Assembly (NCBI RefSeq): GCF_001194135.2
Contig: NC_068981.1
Coordinates: forward strand, 191,217,865-191,281,864
Reading direction: 5' to 3'
DNA length: 64,000 bases
From: Octopus bimaculoides
Taxonomy: Eukaryota
Shown here piece after piece: positions 25,692 to 38,659 of the stretch; position 1 is the first letter of the stretch, and each line of letters starts with the position of its first letter. The position numbers and the translations under genes were made by a program. The notes beneath the pieces were generated by a model. It did no database searches, was not told the origin of the DNA, and worked only from the letters and a program-made list of their open reading frames with translations.

Positions 25692-27282
25692 TAATTGATG
25701 TTTAAGAATAAATGGTTTGGAGTTGTTTTTGTTTTTTTTCTGTGTGGGCGTTTGACTTAATTTATCACCCATCCAGGGTGCCGGATTGGTTGAACTGTAA
25801 CAATATTAGCTTGAATGCTTTGCAGTATTTTTTCCAGCTCTTTACATTCTGAGTTCAAATTCATACATGGCCTATCTACAAGGTTTGACAGTTCAGTCTT
25901 CTCTCCTGACTAAAAGATGAAAGTAAAAATTGAGTAAGTCAAGGCCGTCTTAGCAGCATTCTAGACCCCTGGGCAAATCAATGCACAAGGGCCTATCATC
26001 ACTCTTTGGTTATCACTCTTCAACTGTACCCATTTTGACAGTCTACTTCCCTATCCCCTCATTCTCTTTTCCATACAATCTTGCAAACTGTATTTCTACT
26101 CAGCTTGTGCCTCGTGGAGCCACCTTGGTGCCTCATTTCAATTATTCTATGCCTTGCAACACCAATTGATCCTTTTCTCTTTTTCTCTCCCCTTTCCTCT
26201 ACTAGATGTAAGTAGCCATGCAGATCCCTCTACAAGAACCTGCTCTGTCACCCTCTTCTCATAATAATTCCCTCATCCCCTAGCATGAAGCTGTCCCCTC
26301 CCAACATCCCTTAGAGTTCATAATCCAGCGAAATGCATGGTGACCTCAATAATGCAGGAGACACTAAAAATGTACCCAGTCCATGTTGTAAAGTGGTTAG
26401 TTTTAGTTAAACCTTGCTAAAATAGACATTGGAGTATAATGTAGTCCTTGAACCCATCGTATCCCATCAAACTGTCCAACCCATGTCAGCATGGAACATG
26501 GACTTCAAATGATGATGATAATGCCAGTGAACAGTGAGAATCAAAATGGTGGCATACATATTCTTTATATGTTCCGGCAGATTGGAATATATGAAAAATA
26601 AATACAATGCAGGTAGAGAACTTCCATCAAAAGGTTATTATAACAGTTACAATTGAAGTATATATGCCAAGGACAACAGTGTAGCTTTCACCAACATACT
26701 CAGCACTGAGAAACACTAATGTGTTACCTATGAAAGCAGGTCTCTGCTGAAACTGATTTTACGGCAGTCTGTAATGGTGCTAACTGGACTAAGAAAGATA
26801 CTGAGATGAAGGAGGTGGGGTTTACAATTTTCATTGTCTTTGAGATATTGAGGGAGAGAGTGGNNNNNNNNNNGGGGGGGGGGGGTCAGTAAGTGGCAGT
26901 TTCGTAAAAGTTGCTCTGTATGAGAAGAAACAAAGCAAAGAACATATAGAAAGTTTCATCCTTCTATAAATCTAACAGGCCATTATTTTCAGCCATAGCC
27001 CCTGTAAATTATGAAGACTGTTATGACACCTGAGGCCATTTCTAATGCTGTTGTGCTATTCTGGTTTTCACTTAAATATCTTTCAGCAAGCTTCTTAATT
27101 TTATATCTCAAATCTGATGATTTTCTAAGCTGATTAATTAACAAACTTTTAATTCATTCATTGCATAATCTATGCTATGTTTATCTTTGTTACTTCCCAA
27201 GCTCTGATACTGTTGTCACAATGACATTTTAAAAAATATAAAACAATTTAACTTCTCAGAATGTTTTTTTTTTATTCTTTTA

Positions 27283-27652
27283 TTTTTTTGCTTGTTTCAG
27301 TCATTAGACTGCTGCCATGCTTGAAGAATTTTAGTCGAAGGAATCAACCCCAATATTTTTTAAGCCTGGTACTTGTTCTATCAGTCTTTTTTGCTAAACC
27401 ACTAGTTTACAGGGATGTAAACACACCAACACCAGTTGTCAAGCAATGGTGGGAGACAAACACACACACACACACATACATATGTACAACGGGCTTCTTT
27501 TAGTTTCAGTCTAGCAAATACATTCACAAAGTTTTGATCGGTCTGAGGCTATGGTAAAAGACATTTGGCCAAGGTGCCATGCAGTGAAACTGAACCCAGA
27601 ACCATGTGGTTGGGAAGCAAACTTCTTACCACACAGCCACGCCTGCACCTAT
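27283..27652 (-). mobile_element. SINE family B, full length
   Basis: Family motifs. Confidence 0.85.
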
Positions 27653-27778
27653 GTATCAGGTTTTATTACATTTTATTAAAAGGTCTTTCTGTGTGTGTGT
27701 GTGTGTGTGTNNNNNNNNNNGTCTTGTGCATTAAATGATAAAAGTATTTAGTCTATATAAAAAAGCCCTACTCCATAT

Positions 27779-27964
27779 CAGTGCTCTGCAACCAGTATGC
27801 TCTGGCACACTGGTGTGCCATGAGACAATGCTAGGTGTGCCGCAGTGTAAACTGAATATAATTTTTTTTCCCTATACTTTTAGTTATATTTTTAGTTCAG
27901 GTGTGCCACCAAATTTTGTAAAGAATATCAGTGTACCACAAGTGAAAATGGTTGTGAAATGCTG
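27779..27964 (+). mobile_element. hAT-type MITE
   Basis: 8-bp TSD ctccatat at 27771-78 and 27965-72; TIRs cagtgctctgcaacc and ggttgtgaaatgctg. Confidence 0.75.
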
Positions 27965-28397
27965 CTCCATATTCATGGTTTGTAGTTAACTTGAAGGTTT
28001 AGTTAAATTTCTATTTCTGGATTAATGTTTATTTAAAGTTTGGGTATGGTTAGAATTAATTTCAAATAATTTTGTAAATATTGCAATCATTGGTTACAAA
28101 AGTTTAATTAATAATTAAGAATGAATCCTCATAAAGTGCCTGGAACATCAGTAAATGAATGAAATACATGTCCGACAAGAAGAAGAAAATTATGCAGTCC
28201 ACTGGAATGATTATTAATCTAAATTAACTTAAAAAACTGTGTTGTGATTAAAATGGTTAATGGCTTTATGAATAACAGTAATTGCATCTTTTAAGACAAA
28301 TAAAGTGGCGGCAGTGGTGTGGTGGTTGTTTTTGTTTAACCCCAGGTAGTACTGATAAGACTTTTGACCAAAGGCAGTTCAGTTGTGACCAATAGGC

Positions 28398-28772
28398 ACA
28401 GGTGTGGTTGTGTGGTAAGAAATTTGCTTCCCAACCATATGGTTCTGGGTTCACTCCCTTTGCATGTGACCTTGGGCAAGTGTCTTCTTTTATAGCCTCA
28501 GGCTGACCAAAGCCTTGTGAGTGGATTTCGTTGACAGAAACTGAAAGAATCCCATCATGTGTGTGTGTGTGTGTTTGTCCCCCACCATTGCTTGACAACC
28601 GGTATCGGTGTGTCTTGTCCTCATAACTTAAATGTTCAGCATCAGAAACCAATAGAATAAGTATTAGGCTTAAAAATTAAATACTGGAGTTGATTCATTC
28701 AGCAAAAAGCTTCTTCAAGGCAGTGCCCTAGCATGGCCACAGTTTAATGACTAAAATAAGTAAAAGAATAAA
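28398..28772 (+). mobile_element. SINE family B, full length
   Basis: Family motifs. Confidence 0.85.
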
Positions 28773-28799
28773 TAGGCACGCTGTTATTGTGGTTATAAA

Positions 28800-29570
28800 G
28801 GTGTCAGATCTTTCATCTACAAAATTTGTAAAGAGCTAGAAACTGAAAATGGAAGCGTATCATCAGTATCAAAGCATAAAAAGCATTCTAAATGCTCTGA
28901 AATTATCAGAATACTGAAATTTATCCAGCAAGTTCAACAGACCATTGATTACAATCTCAGAAAGTCCATGAGGTCAATTGCAAAAGATCTCCATGTGTCA
29001 GAAGGAACAGTCAGAAATGTTGTCCACGAAGACATTAGATATAAGTCTTACATGATGAGGAAAGGTCAATTTGTCAGAAAAAGCAAAAGAAAATCACTAC
29101 ATTAGATCTAAAAGGCTCTTAAAGAAACAGAAAAACCCAGCAGAAGAAGATTTGATTTGATTTTTCTCAAATGAGAAAAACTTTGACCAAGATTAAAAAG
29201 TTAACAAAAGAAATGACAGATGGTTATGTGCAGACCCTTCTGAAGTTTCAAGTGTTATGGATACAAAATTTCCTGCAACTGGCATGGTTTTAGTGGTTGT
29301 CAGCAATGAAGGACATGTGATGCCTCCTTACTTCTTTCCACAAGGCATTAGAGTTAACTCTGCTACCTACATTGAGGTCCCAAAGACAATTGTTAAGCCC
29401 TGATTAGACAGTGTATGCAGTGGAAGGCCATATGTGTTTCAGTAAGACTCTGCACTATCACACATGGCTCTTGTAACACAGGAATGGATGGCTGAAAATT
29501 TTCATGATCACATAACCCTTAATATTTGGCCTCCTAATTCCCCAGATCTCAATCCATTGGACTATTACAT
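28800..29570 (+). pseudogene. Tc1/mariner-superfamily transposase relic, DD37D (maT-like) spacing
   Basis: Manual translation gives HTH-like SMRSIAKDLHVSEGTVRNVVHEDIRYKSY, then FFSNEK, YVFQ*DSA and WPPNSPDLNPLDY, with 37 residues between the second and third D. It has a frameshift and several stops. Confidence 0.85.
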
Positions 29571-29644
29571 GACTAACTCTCTTCCTAATTAGTTGGGCTA
29601 TGACCCTCTCCATAACTTACATCATTTGATTCAACAAGACTGCA

Positions 29645-29900
29645 CTGGTATGCTCATGTGATGCATATGGACAAGGACAACTGTGTAAAGAAGTGTCAAT
29701 CACTAACTGTGGAGGGAACCTGTGGAAGAGGTAGACCCAGGAAGACATGAGACAAGGTGGTCGATCATGATCCTCAGATGCTGGGTCTCACAGAGAAGAT
29801 GACAAATGATCGAGACCTTTGGCAGTTTGCCGGGCTTGGCAAAACTCATCACAATGGGTGAAATCATAGTAATGGACAGTGCTGATGGCACACAAAAGGC
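29645..29900 (+). mobile_element. RTE-clade LINE ORF2 C-terminus fragment
   Basis: HVMHMDKDNCVKKCQSLTVEGTCGRGRPRKT*DKVVDHDPQMLGLTEKMTNDRDLWQFA contains the RTE GRGRPRKTW motif. Confidence 0.8.
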
Positions 29901-32530
29901 AATTAGCTGATTTGAATATCCAGTGCATTATTACAGTTAGTTTAATGAATGAATTAGTGGTCTTAATTGCTTTACCCCTCTCTACTCTTTATTCTCCTTG
30001 TATAAAGTCCCCACCTCCACTCAGGATTCATAGTCTTGCAAACTGCATGGTAACCTCACTAGCTCTGGTGGCATGTTAAGAGAACTCAGTACACTCTGTA
30101 AAGTGGTTAGCACTAGGAAAGGCATCCAGCTCTAGAAATTACACCAAGGCAGACACTCAAACATGATGCAGTTCTTCCATACACTGGATCCTGTCAAACC
30201 ATCCAACCCATGCCAGCATGGAACACAGATGTTAAATTATGATGACGATTGTTCAGTAATGCAGCTTTGCTTCAATATCATATCATTCTACTGTCTTTAC
30301 TATTAGTAATTACTACCAGTTTTTAGTAACACAAACATAATGGTGAGGAGAGACACAAATGTAGAAGTTAAACAACATAATCTCCATGAACACTGCCATT
30401 TTATATCTGTTTTCTGATATATTTACATGGGGTAGTCAAATCCTCTCCAGCAGCACTTTGCCACAAGTGATGGCCCTTTGTCTACATATATGTGATGTAT
30501 GTATGTAGATAGTTTAATAAAGACATTTTCTCACTGTTTTCTGAAAAATAAAAATCTTTGATGTTGCTTAAAGCATTGATGAGGGGTTTTTTTTCTTTTC
30601 TTTTCTTTTTACATTTTTAATCAATAATACCTTTTCATATGTATTTGGAAACAGCCCAGCCTTTGAAAAATGACAAAATTTATTCTTGGTTTAAATTTAC
30701 ATATGAATTGTGGTTCATATTAAATTTATGTTTCAATAACACAGAACAAAAAAAAAAGTATTTATTATTGATATGAATATTTGAAATTTTTAAAGAATTG
30801 AAAAGAAATTAAAATTATTGTGGATGTTATAGTTTTATCATCATCATCCTAATCTTGTCTTATCTTCTAATGTATCTTTATACATTGTTAAAATTAAAAT
30901 GATTTCCTTTGTATATTACTACTAAGTTAAACTTTTCTTTTAGTTTTACTTAGATATATATATATATATATATATATTGTAATAATAATCACTACGAACA
31001 GAAAATGTTTGATTGAATTAATATTCATGTATATGAAATGTCATAATATCATTTCCAGCCACTGTTGAAATTTGATTTAATTATGTAACAAAGGAGGCGC
31101 ATGATTGGCTCTCTCTGGATCACTCATTTTTCACTTAGTTTCATTGATTGGTTGATTGGAAATTATTTGTATTGATCAAATTATCTCCACTGTTTTATTT
31201 CATCTTATTCCTTTAGATCTTATCAGCCTTTCAGAAACATAAACATAAAAAATAAAAAAAATATGTAATGCTGATTATTTTTTTAAATGTTTATAAATAT
31301 GTAGAGAATAAAACAAAATAATTGTTTACATTTCCTCCATTGCTGAATACATTTTTACTTGATTATTTAAATATATCTCAATCAATTGCAACTAAGTTTT
31401 CAGAATTTGTTCAATAAATTTCAGTCATTAAAATTAGTTTGCTCAATATTACAGACTAATATGAGTTATTGAAGGGTGCAAATCTTTTCATTTAGAGTTC
31501 TTTGTTGAATGTAATGGAATTTGCTGGAGTGTACATAGATGTTCTGTTGAAGATCTACATACACTTCCCAAACAGATTTGTGGAAAAAAAATTCTAGAAT
31601 TCCTTAAGATAAGGTTTCTTTTATTTAAATTTAATAAAACTGATTTCCAATCTCCATTTTTTTTCTCCTCATGAAACAGATAAACTATCATATTTAAATT
31701 AACTATATGTATTAATTTTATAATTATGGAATGACAGTGCTAAGTAATGATGTATATAAATACAAACTTGCTGCCACTTCAAACGTGTGTGAGGAATATC
31801 TGAGCCCATTAGAAAGTCATTCACTCTATTTTGCCATAAAGATAATTTCTCACTTTAGACAAATAGGGTAAATGCACGAAGTCAGTTCACAGCGCCCCCT
31901 AACCAGACTGTTGGATTTATGCATGTCAGAGTAGTTATCTCCTCTTCAACTACAGAGGCTAGAAACGCAGATGCTGCATGAGAAACAGGTCCCTTTTATG
32001 ATACTTCCATCATTAACAGGTTGTGCTATTCAGCAGTTCCCTGCAAATAAAATATGGGATGACAGCACTAATTTATAATTATATAAATGATGCTTTTAAT
32101 CTATTGAAACAGATATAGGGAACAATTATATTATGAATCACCTGTGAAATTTCAGCCATTTTTGCTGTTGTTCATCCTAAAGATATAATTTCAAAAATAT
32201 GGTATTCACCAATTTCAAAATAATTATCATATGATTTTTTAAAGAAATAAATTCCATCTCTAACACAATTTTTGTAAGAAAATATTTGACCACTAACCAG
32301 TTACTGAGTACAAGTAAACACAAGAACTCTATAAAGTACAAACAAGATTTGTAATAGAGTTCTGGGCTAGTGCTGCTGATACATACATACAAATATCTTT
32401 GACCTCGTCCAAAGAAAGACTTATTAGCAGAGATTCCTTCAGCAACACACTACAACCACTTTCACATACACAGTTTCCTTTAGAAAATTACTACTTTAAA
32501 TCTCATGAGATATTCAGCAACAGTACTTTG

Positions 32531-32683
32531 TAGTAAAGATTTGTTGGCAGTCCTTGTTCGAAAATATAAGGACACAGATCGTGTTGTATAGCCAGCTGGA
32601 GATGATGTCTCCTGGGGCTAAATTACAGCAACATTAGTCCTAAAGCAGGACTGCCATGTTAGGTTGGCAAATAATCTTTACTA
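32531..32683. mobile_element. Small Tc1/mariner-type MITE
   Basis: Imperfect TIRs TA-gtaaagatttgttggc and gcaaataatctttac-TA. Confidence 0.55.
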
Positions 32684-32791
32684 CATAGTTTACTACAGGT
32701 AGCAGATGTGCATTGTTTCCTTGAGCAAGGCATTTTTTCATATTGCTTCAGTCTGTGTATCTAAAACTGAGTAGCACCTCTGCGCTGGTGC

Positions 32792-32866
<75 letters not shown>

Positions 32867-33178
32867 TGTCATTATTCCACTGGATTAAGAAGCTGTCTAT
32901 GTCTGCTCATGACTACATAGACATCAAAAACATTTGTTAAAAGCATGATATGTGCTTTCAGGTCTTACTCCTTTGCTAGTGATGGCTATAGATTTTGTGG
33001 TTCATAAGAGCTAAGATAATCTAAACATTGATTTGTTTTCAAGTATAAAAACTCCTACAAAAATTAAGGTATTTTTCTCAAATTTTAACAGTTATCATGT
33101 ATAATTAACTCTTAAACCTTCTTTTTTACATAAATTATATACAGATATATAATTTGAACTTTTAATTTATCGTTTTAG

Positions 33179-33876
33179 GGTACTTCATGTTCAGTGTTGG
33201 ATATGTCTACCTCTGTCAAGGAACATTTGTGAATAATGGTAATGTAACCAGCCAGAATAAATCATTGGTAAACCACAGTATGTTCGACGACCAAAGTACT
33301 GCATCTTTTGATTCTGAAATAATAATTAGTAGTACTCACTTACCTGGCGCTGCAGTACTGCAATCAACAGGTAGAATGAAAAAGCCTCCCCTAACTTCCA
33401 CTACTGCTGCTATTAATAAGGGCCAAAACGTAGGCAATTCAGAATCCATAACTACAGCATCTGTATCTTCACTATCATCGGCCAATCCAGCAATAATTCG
33501 TTCCCCTATTTTGGAAAATGTTAATGAAGCACAATTAAAAAGTTTGTCTAGTAAAGATCAGTTTAACCTAAAAAAGGCCCCAGTTTATAAGATTCCTGAA
33601 TTACCCCATAGTCACTGGATTTCTGGCCCAGCAAATCACACAGTTATACATCGAGTTAAAAAAGATACATGGCCACAGTCACTGAAAACCTGCACCCCAC
33701 CTGGAACACCAATATTGGCTATTCACCAGTCAGTACCAGAAGACACACCCAAAGACAGCACCTTGCCTGAATGGAGTGAGCAATTAAAATCATTGTGTGC
33801 TGATAATGAAGAAAGGATTTATTTAATCCTAGAACAGGCTCCTGCAAACCCTTATTTTGGTATTGACAAAGTTACG
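33179..33876 (+). CDS. Cadherin-domain protein, coding exon A (end of putative signal peptide, Ser/Thr-rich region, RVKK site, first part of EC1)
   Basis: Acceptor ttttAG|gg at 33177-78 and donor acg|GTAAGT at 33877. Open frame of 232 codons (YFMFSVGYVYLCQG...SVPEDTPKDSTL...PYFGIDKVT) in otherwise stop-rich DNA. Starts in phase 1, ends in phase 0. Confidence 0.85.
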
Positions 33877-34419
33877 GTAAGTTGCATCTATTTCTGTGAT
33901 ATTTTCTTTGTACTTCATCATTTGTACATCTTCTCTCTATACCAGCATGAGATAGATGAGTCGTCACAGTCTGAGTCACTGTCTTTTGGAATCTGCTGCC
34001 CTCATTGACTGCTACTCTTACATTTCATTGTTGATGTGATTTGGTTTGATTTCTGTGGCTGGATGCACTTTTTAATGTGATATACCTTTCAGTCTGGCTG
34101 GAACCTTGTACTATCCACAAACTTGGTCTGTAGCCCTCCCTCAGCAGTTTGTCCTATAGGAAGAGCCAGTTGTACTCTATGCCATGTCTCTATTTTCTTC
34201 TTGTTAAATGCTTGCAAGATCTTTAAACTTCTATATATTGGTCTTCTAGATTAATTTTTGCTTCTGAGCCCACCTAACTCTAAATATGAAGTCACTAACT
34301 ACTTACTATTGTCAGGTAGTACATACTTCAGCATGGAAAGATTTCACATTCACAGCCATTTGTCTATCTCATTTCCTAGAGAGAATAAAGTCTGTTTTGC
34401 TTGTGTGTCCACTAAATCA

Positions 34420-34589
34420 GTTCAAATAATGTTTTAAATAATGAAAGATTTATTAAAATAACTTTGTTCTTATCAAATAAATATTTGGTGAATAGCTTGA
34501 TGAAAGGTATTAATTTTGATCACTTTTAAAAAGCTATTTTATATCAGAACCAAGGTTAGTTTCAGGTCGGTGGTATCAAAAGGGTTAAC
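34420..34589 (+). mobile_element. piggyBac-type MITE, right-hand portion
   Basis: Ends ggtatcaaaagggttaa; degenerate internal similarity to the 21901 copy. Confidence 0.55.
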
Positions 34590-34628
34590 TGTTTAATCAC
34601 AATTTTTATCATTCATTCATTTTATAGT

Positions 34629-34661
<33 letters not shown>

Positions 34662-35748
34662 TGCACGTGTGCACACATGTGCACATATGCACAGCACGTA
34701 CAATGTTGAAAAGATTAATAAAAACTAATTATATCTGGTTTAGTTTGGATCAAATTATCTTAGGTATTATTGTCATGAGCCTGTGTTTGCTCTGGCTATT
34801 ATTTTCTACCTATTGTGTTCCTTTAAATAGAAACAAAATGAAAATAAACCACTTAATTCAAACAGAACTAGTTTACATCAACAAAAACCAGTTATATAAA
34901 ATCTTTCATTTAAAACTTTTCACTTTATTTTTATTTCTTTGTCATTAAAACTCCTTAAATAGTCAAGTGTTTTATGATGCTAAAATTTTATGCTTCAATT
35001 TCTTTTAATATAAACAAGGATTATTCTTAAAACTACCTCCTTGCTCCTTCTGAATAAATTTATGAGCAATTTAGCCTGAAGCAAGCATCACATTTGCTAT
35101 TGAGAATGTTGGAAAATGTATAAATAATTAAATGTCTCGATAAAATCATTTAATAAATTAATTGAAGCAACTCCATAAGTTGTTTACCTATCATGTCAAT
35201 TGTGTCTGTGATTAAACTCACTTGGGGCTGTGGCTGTGGCACCTTTAGAAACAAACCATAAATTATGCTGCAAACACCACCTGTTCTTTCATTCAAAATT
35301 ACTCCAACTTCCAAGAATTTTTACTGGTGCTGAACAAAATTTTGTAAATTAATTTTCATGTGATTACAATTTAGCCGGCAGCGTTCTTAAACATTTTACA
35401 TTCAATGTCCATGGTTTACTGCTATACAGCATTACACTTGTTATACATGCTTCAAACAATTTGCTTCTTTGGACCAAGATAGAGAGAAAGGCCTTTGCTA
35501 AGAAGATCTTTTTTTTAGATGTAATTTGGTTATTTCCAAACACTTATTTTAATACTTACTGCCAGTGCTGACCAGGACAATTACCCCCCACCCCCACCCC
35601 ATGCACAAAAACCATTCATCTTCATGTTTTCAGTGCCTAGCAGACTAGTGGTTTTCAGTAGTGGTTTTCAGTCTTTTGCCTATGGACCCCTTTCATTTCT
35701 GTTTTACTGATGGATCCTCATAACTATTCCATGTTTAAAAAATGCTTC

Positions 35749-36125
35749 TATCATCATCATCATCATCATCATCATCGTTTAATGTCCGTTTTCCATGCTG
35801 GCATGGGTTGGACGGTTTGACTGGAGACTGGCAAGGCTGGAGACTGGCAAGGCTGGAGACTGGCAAGGCTGGAGGCTGCACCAGGCTCCAATCTGATCTG
35901 GCAAAGTTTCTACAGCTGGATGCCCTTCCTAATGCCAACCACTCCAAGAGTGTAGTGGGTGCTTTTTACATGCCACCAGCACAGGAGCCAGTCAAGCAGA
36001 TCTGGCATCGACCATGTTCGGATGGTGCTTTTTACATGCCACCGGTACAGAAGCCAGTCATGGGGCACTGGCCACAGCTACAATATTGGTTCTACTTGAC
36101 TCAACAGGTTTTCTCAAGCATATCA
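35749..36125 (-). mobile_element. SINE family A, long copy with internal 16-bp triplication
   Basis: Begins (cat)n-cgtttaatgtccgttttccatgctggcatggg on the + strand. Confidence 0.85.
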
Positions 36126-36374
36126 TATGGCTCCACTCCTTCCTCAAAGCAAAATAATTTATTAGGAGAGGCTAAGTTTTTAGAATAAAGCTCCTTCTCA
36201 GGTCATATAGACTCATACGGTTGGTTTCCTGAATTCTGTAGTGTATCTGTTTCCCTCTGGGAACTGTAGGAACACTCACTTTTGTCATCTGAATGGACTG
36301 GAGAAATATAAAATGAAGTGTTTTGCTCAAGAACACAATGTGCTACCCAGTCCAGAAATCGAAACCACAATCGT

Positions 36375-36725
36375 TACCAGCATCGCCTTACTGGCACTTG
36401 TGTCGGTGGCACGTTAGAAAATCATTCGAGTGAGGTCGTTGCCAGTGCTGCTGGACTGGCTCCTGTGCAGGTGGCATGTAAAAAACACCATTTTGAGCGT
36501 GGCCATTGTCAGTTCCGCATGACTGGCCTTCGTGCCGGTAGCATGTAAAAGCACCCACTACACTCTCAGAGTGGTTGGTGTTAGGAAGGGCATCCAGCTA
36601 TAGAAACTCTGCCAGATCAGATTGGAGCCTGGTGCAGCCATCCGGTTCACCAGTCCTCGGTCAAATCGTCCAACTCATGCTAGCATGGAAAGTGGATATT
36701 AAACGATGATGATGATGATGATGAT
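36375..36725 (+). mobile_element. SINE family A, long copy
   Basis: Matches 2638-2927 closely and ends (gat)n. Confidence 0.85.
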
Positions 36726-36809
36726 GAATTTTATGATCAAAAGCCCAACACCTTAACCATTAAGCCATGCACCCCCACTAAAATAATTTATTCTACTTTA
36801 TAAACACTT

Positions 36810-37190
36810 ATTCTCAATATCTGCTGACTCAGACAATTTCTAATTTCCTCTGAATCCACCGTTTCACTTTGCTAGCTGCATACATAGTGTAATGCCTTCG
36901 ATGTCTCTAACAATCTTTGATGTGCCACTTGTAGCTTTCCCTGCTTTCATCTCTATAACTGCCTTACTAATCACACTTGAAGCCTAATCTCCAAAGCTGG
37001 TCTTTCTGTCCCACTTCATTGCTTTCTTCTTTTCACCGAGACTGTGAACAACAACACTTGCATCTGTGTCACCTCATACATCACTTCTTCCCAAATGACA
37101 TCCTTGTTCATACCATCGCATTGCCTTGTAATTTGCAATATCATTCTCAGTAGTGTTCTCTAACACTATTATTAAATCGGTAGTAATGCA
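36810..37190 (-). mobile_element. Degenerate RTE-like LINE fragment
   Basis: Minus strand AVIEMKAGKATSGTSKIV resembles the RTE KAIxxMKxGKAPGPSG segment upstream of RT. Confidence 0.45.
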
Positions 37191-38115
37191 CTAACTGTGT
37201 CATCATCATCATCATCATCATCATCATAATCATCATCATCATTTTCATCTTTTAATTCCTCTTGTTATGATAAGTAATTGCTGCATTATCAAAATAATAC
37301 CTCAGCTGTATCCTACATCACAGTTTTTTGTTTTGTTTTTTTTATTTTCATTCAATCTGATCAAATAATATTTTGATGTCATATTTAATATATACTTTTT
37401 CCTCCCATCATGAGAATGAACTCCAGATGAACTAAATATCATGATCTCTATGTAAGAAGTCAGTGCTTGAAACACTTGGACAGTATTTCATCTCATTGTT
37501 TAAATATCTCTCTCTCTCTCTCGCTTTGTTCTTTCAGGATTCCCTAATTATTTCTCTTACTTTTAAATTATTGAATCTTTTCATAATTGAGCTTATCGCA
37601 TTCTTATGAAATGATTTGATTTATTTATTGACTACCACTACTATTTCTACTACTACTGCTGCTAATGTTTCTAAACACCATTATTCACTTTTTCAAAGAA
37701 CAAAAAATACAAAATACTTATTATTCTTTCAGCAAGACAAAGAAGCTTGATGTCCATTAATTTCTGAAATTACTATCACGTCACAGTGTCTGAAATGATT
37801 GCCTCTCTCTCTCACTATATAGGTTTTTATGGGCAATATTTTAGTTATGAAAAATTTTAGTTTATAGTTCAAAAGTAAATGATAAGTGAACTTTATGAAA
37901 TTTCTTTCATGTCCATGTATGGTGTGTGTGTGTGTATGTGCACGCGCATGCACACATAATGGTTATGGAATGAGTGTGCTAGGTTATTGACCATAATTGC
38001 TTTTTTCTGTGTATTTTACTTTGAGTTAATAAATAAGAATGATTTGAGCTAAAATAAATGTGCTGTTTTAATTTGATTAATTATGTCATTTTGTCCCTTT
38101 TCTACTTTTTGTCAG

Positions 38116-38214
38116 GGTGCATTGAAGGTTATTCGCAGTCTCGACGAGATTGATAGTCCTGAAGACCATGTACTTGTTATAAATGTGAGGTGTGGGAATA
38201 GCATTACTATTGTG
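38116..38214 (+). CDS. Cadherin-domain protein, exon B (second half of EC1)
   Basis: Acceptor ttttgtcAG|, donor gtg|GTAAGT, 99 bp, phase 0/0. Encodes GALKVIRSLDEIDSPEDHVLVINVRCGNSITIV and completes the cadherin motif YFGIDKVT|GALKVIRSLD. Confidence 0.85.
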
Positions 38215-38659
38215 GTAAGTATACCAACATTACCATTTTCCAAACTACCTGGCACTTTATCTATCAATCTCAGAACAGTGAAAGTTTAACCCAGCAAGAT
38301 TTGATCCCAGAACACAGAGGACTGGAGCAAATACTGCCAAGCCTTTTATCCAATGTTCCAAAAGATTCTACCATTCTCTGCTGCTATAAATTTTTGTCAA
38401 GATCTATTTGCTGTAACTACTATAGCAAGCATTAAAAAGTATATACTGTTGATTGGTTTTTCAGTATAAATTTATAAAATACACTTAATTAATTTTATTT
38501 TATTTAATTTATGGTAGTTCATAGATATTGTCATCTTCATTGCTATCATGTATAATTTTAGTATGAAGATTCACATTGCTCCAGTCCACTCAGCTGTGAA
38601 TGGGTGACTCTTCACTGAACTGGTGTTCTATTTAATGGGAATGTTGTGACCTCGGTCAC

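Noticed and set aside
33877-34008. C-terminal extension of ORF 33187..34008
   Set aside because: Read-through past a strong GTAAGT donor; the cadherin motif continues in the exon at 38116.
35742-36188. ORFs such as 35742..36188, 2325..2852, 6378..6869 and 58314..58757
   Set aside because: They lie wholly within high-copy SINEs.
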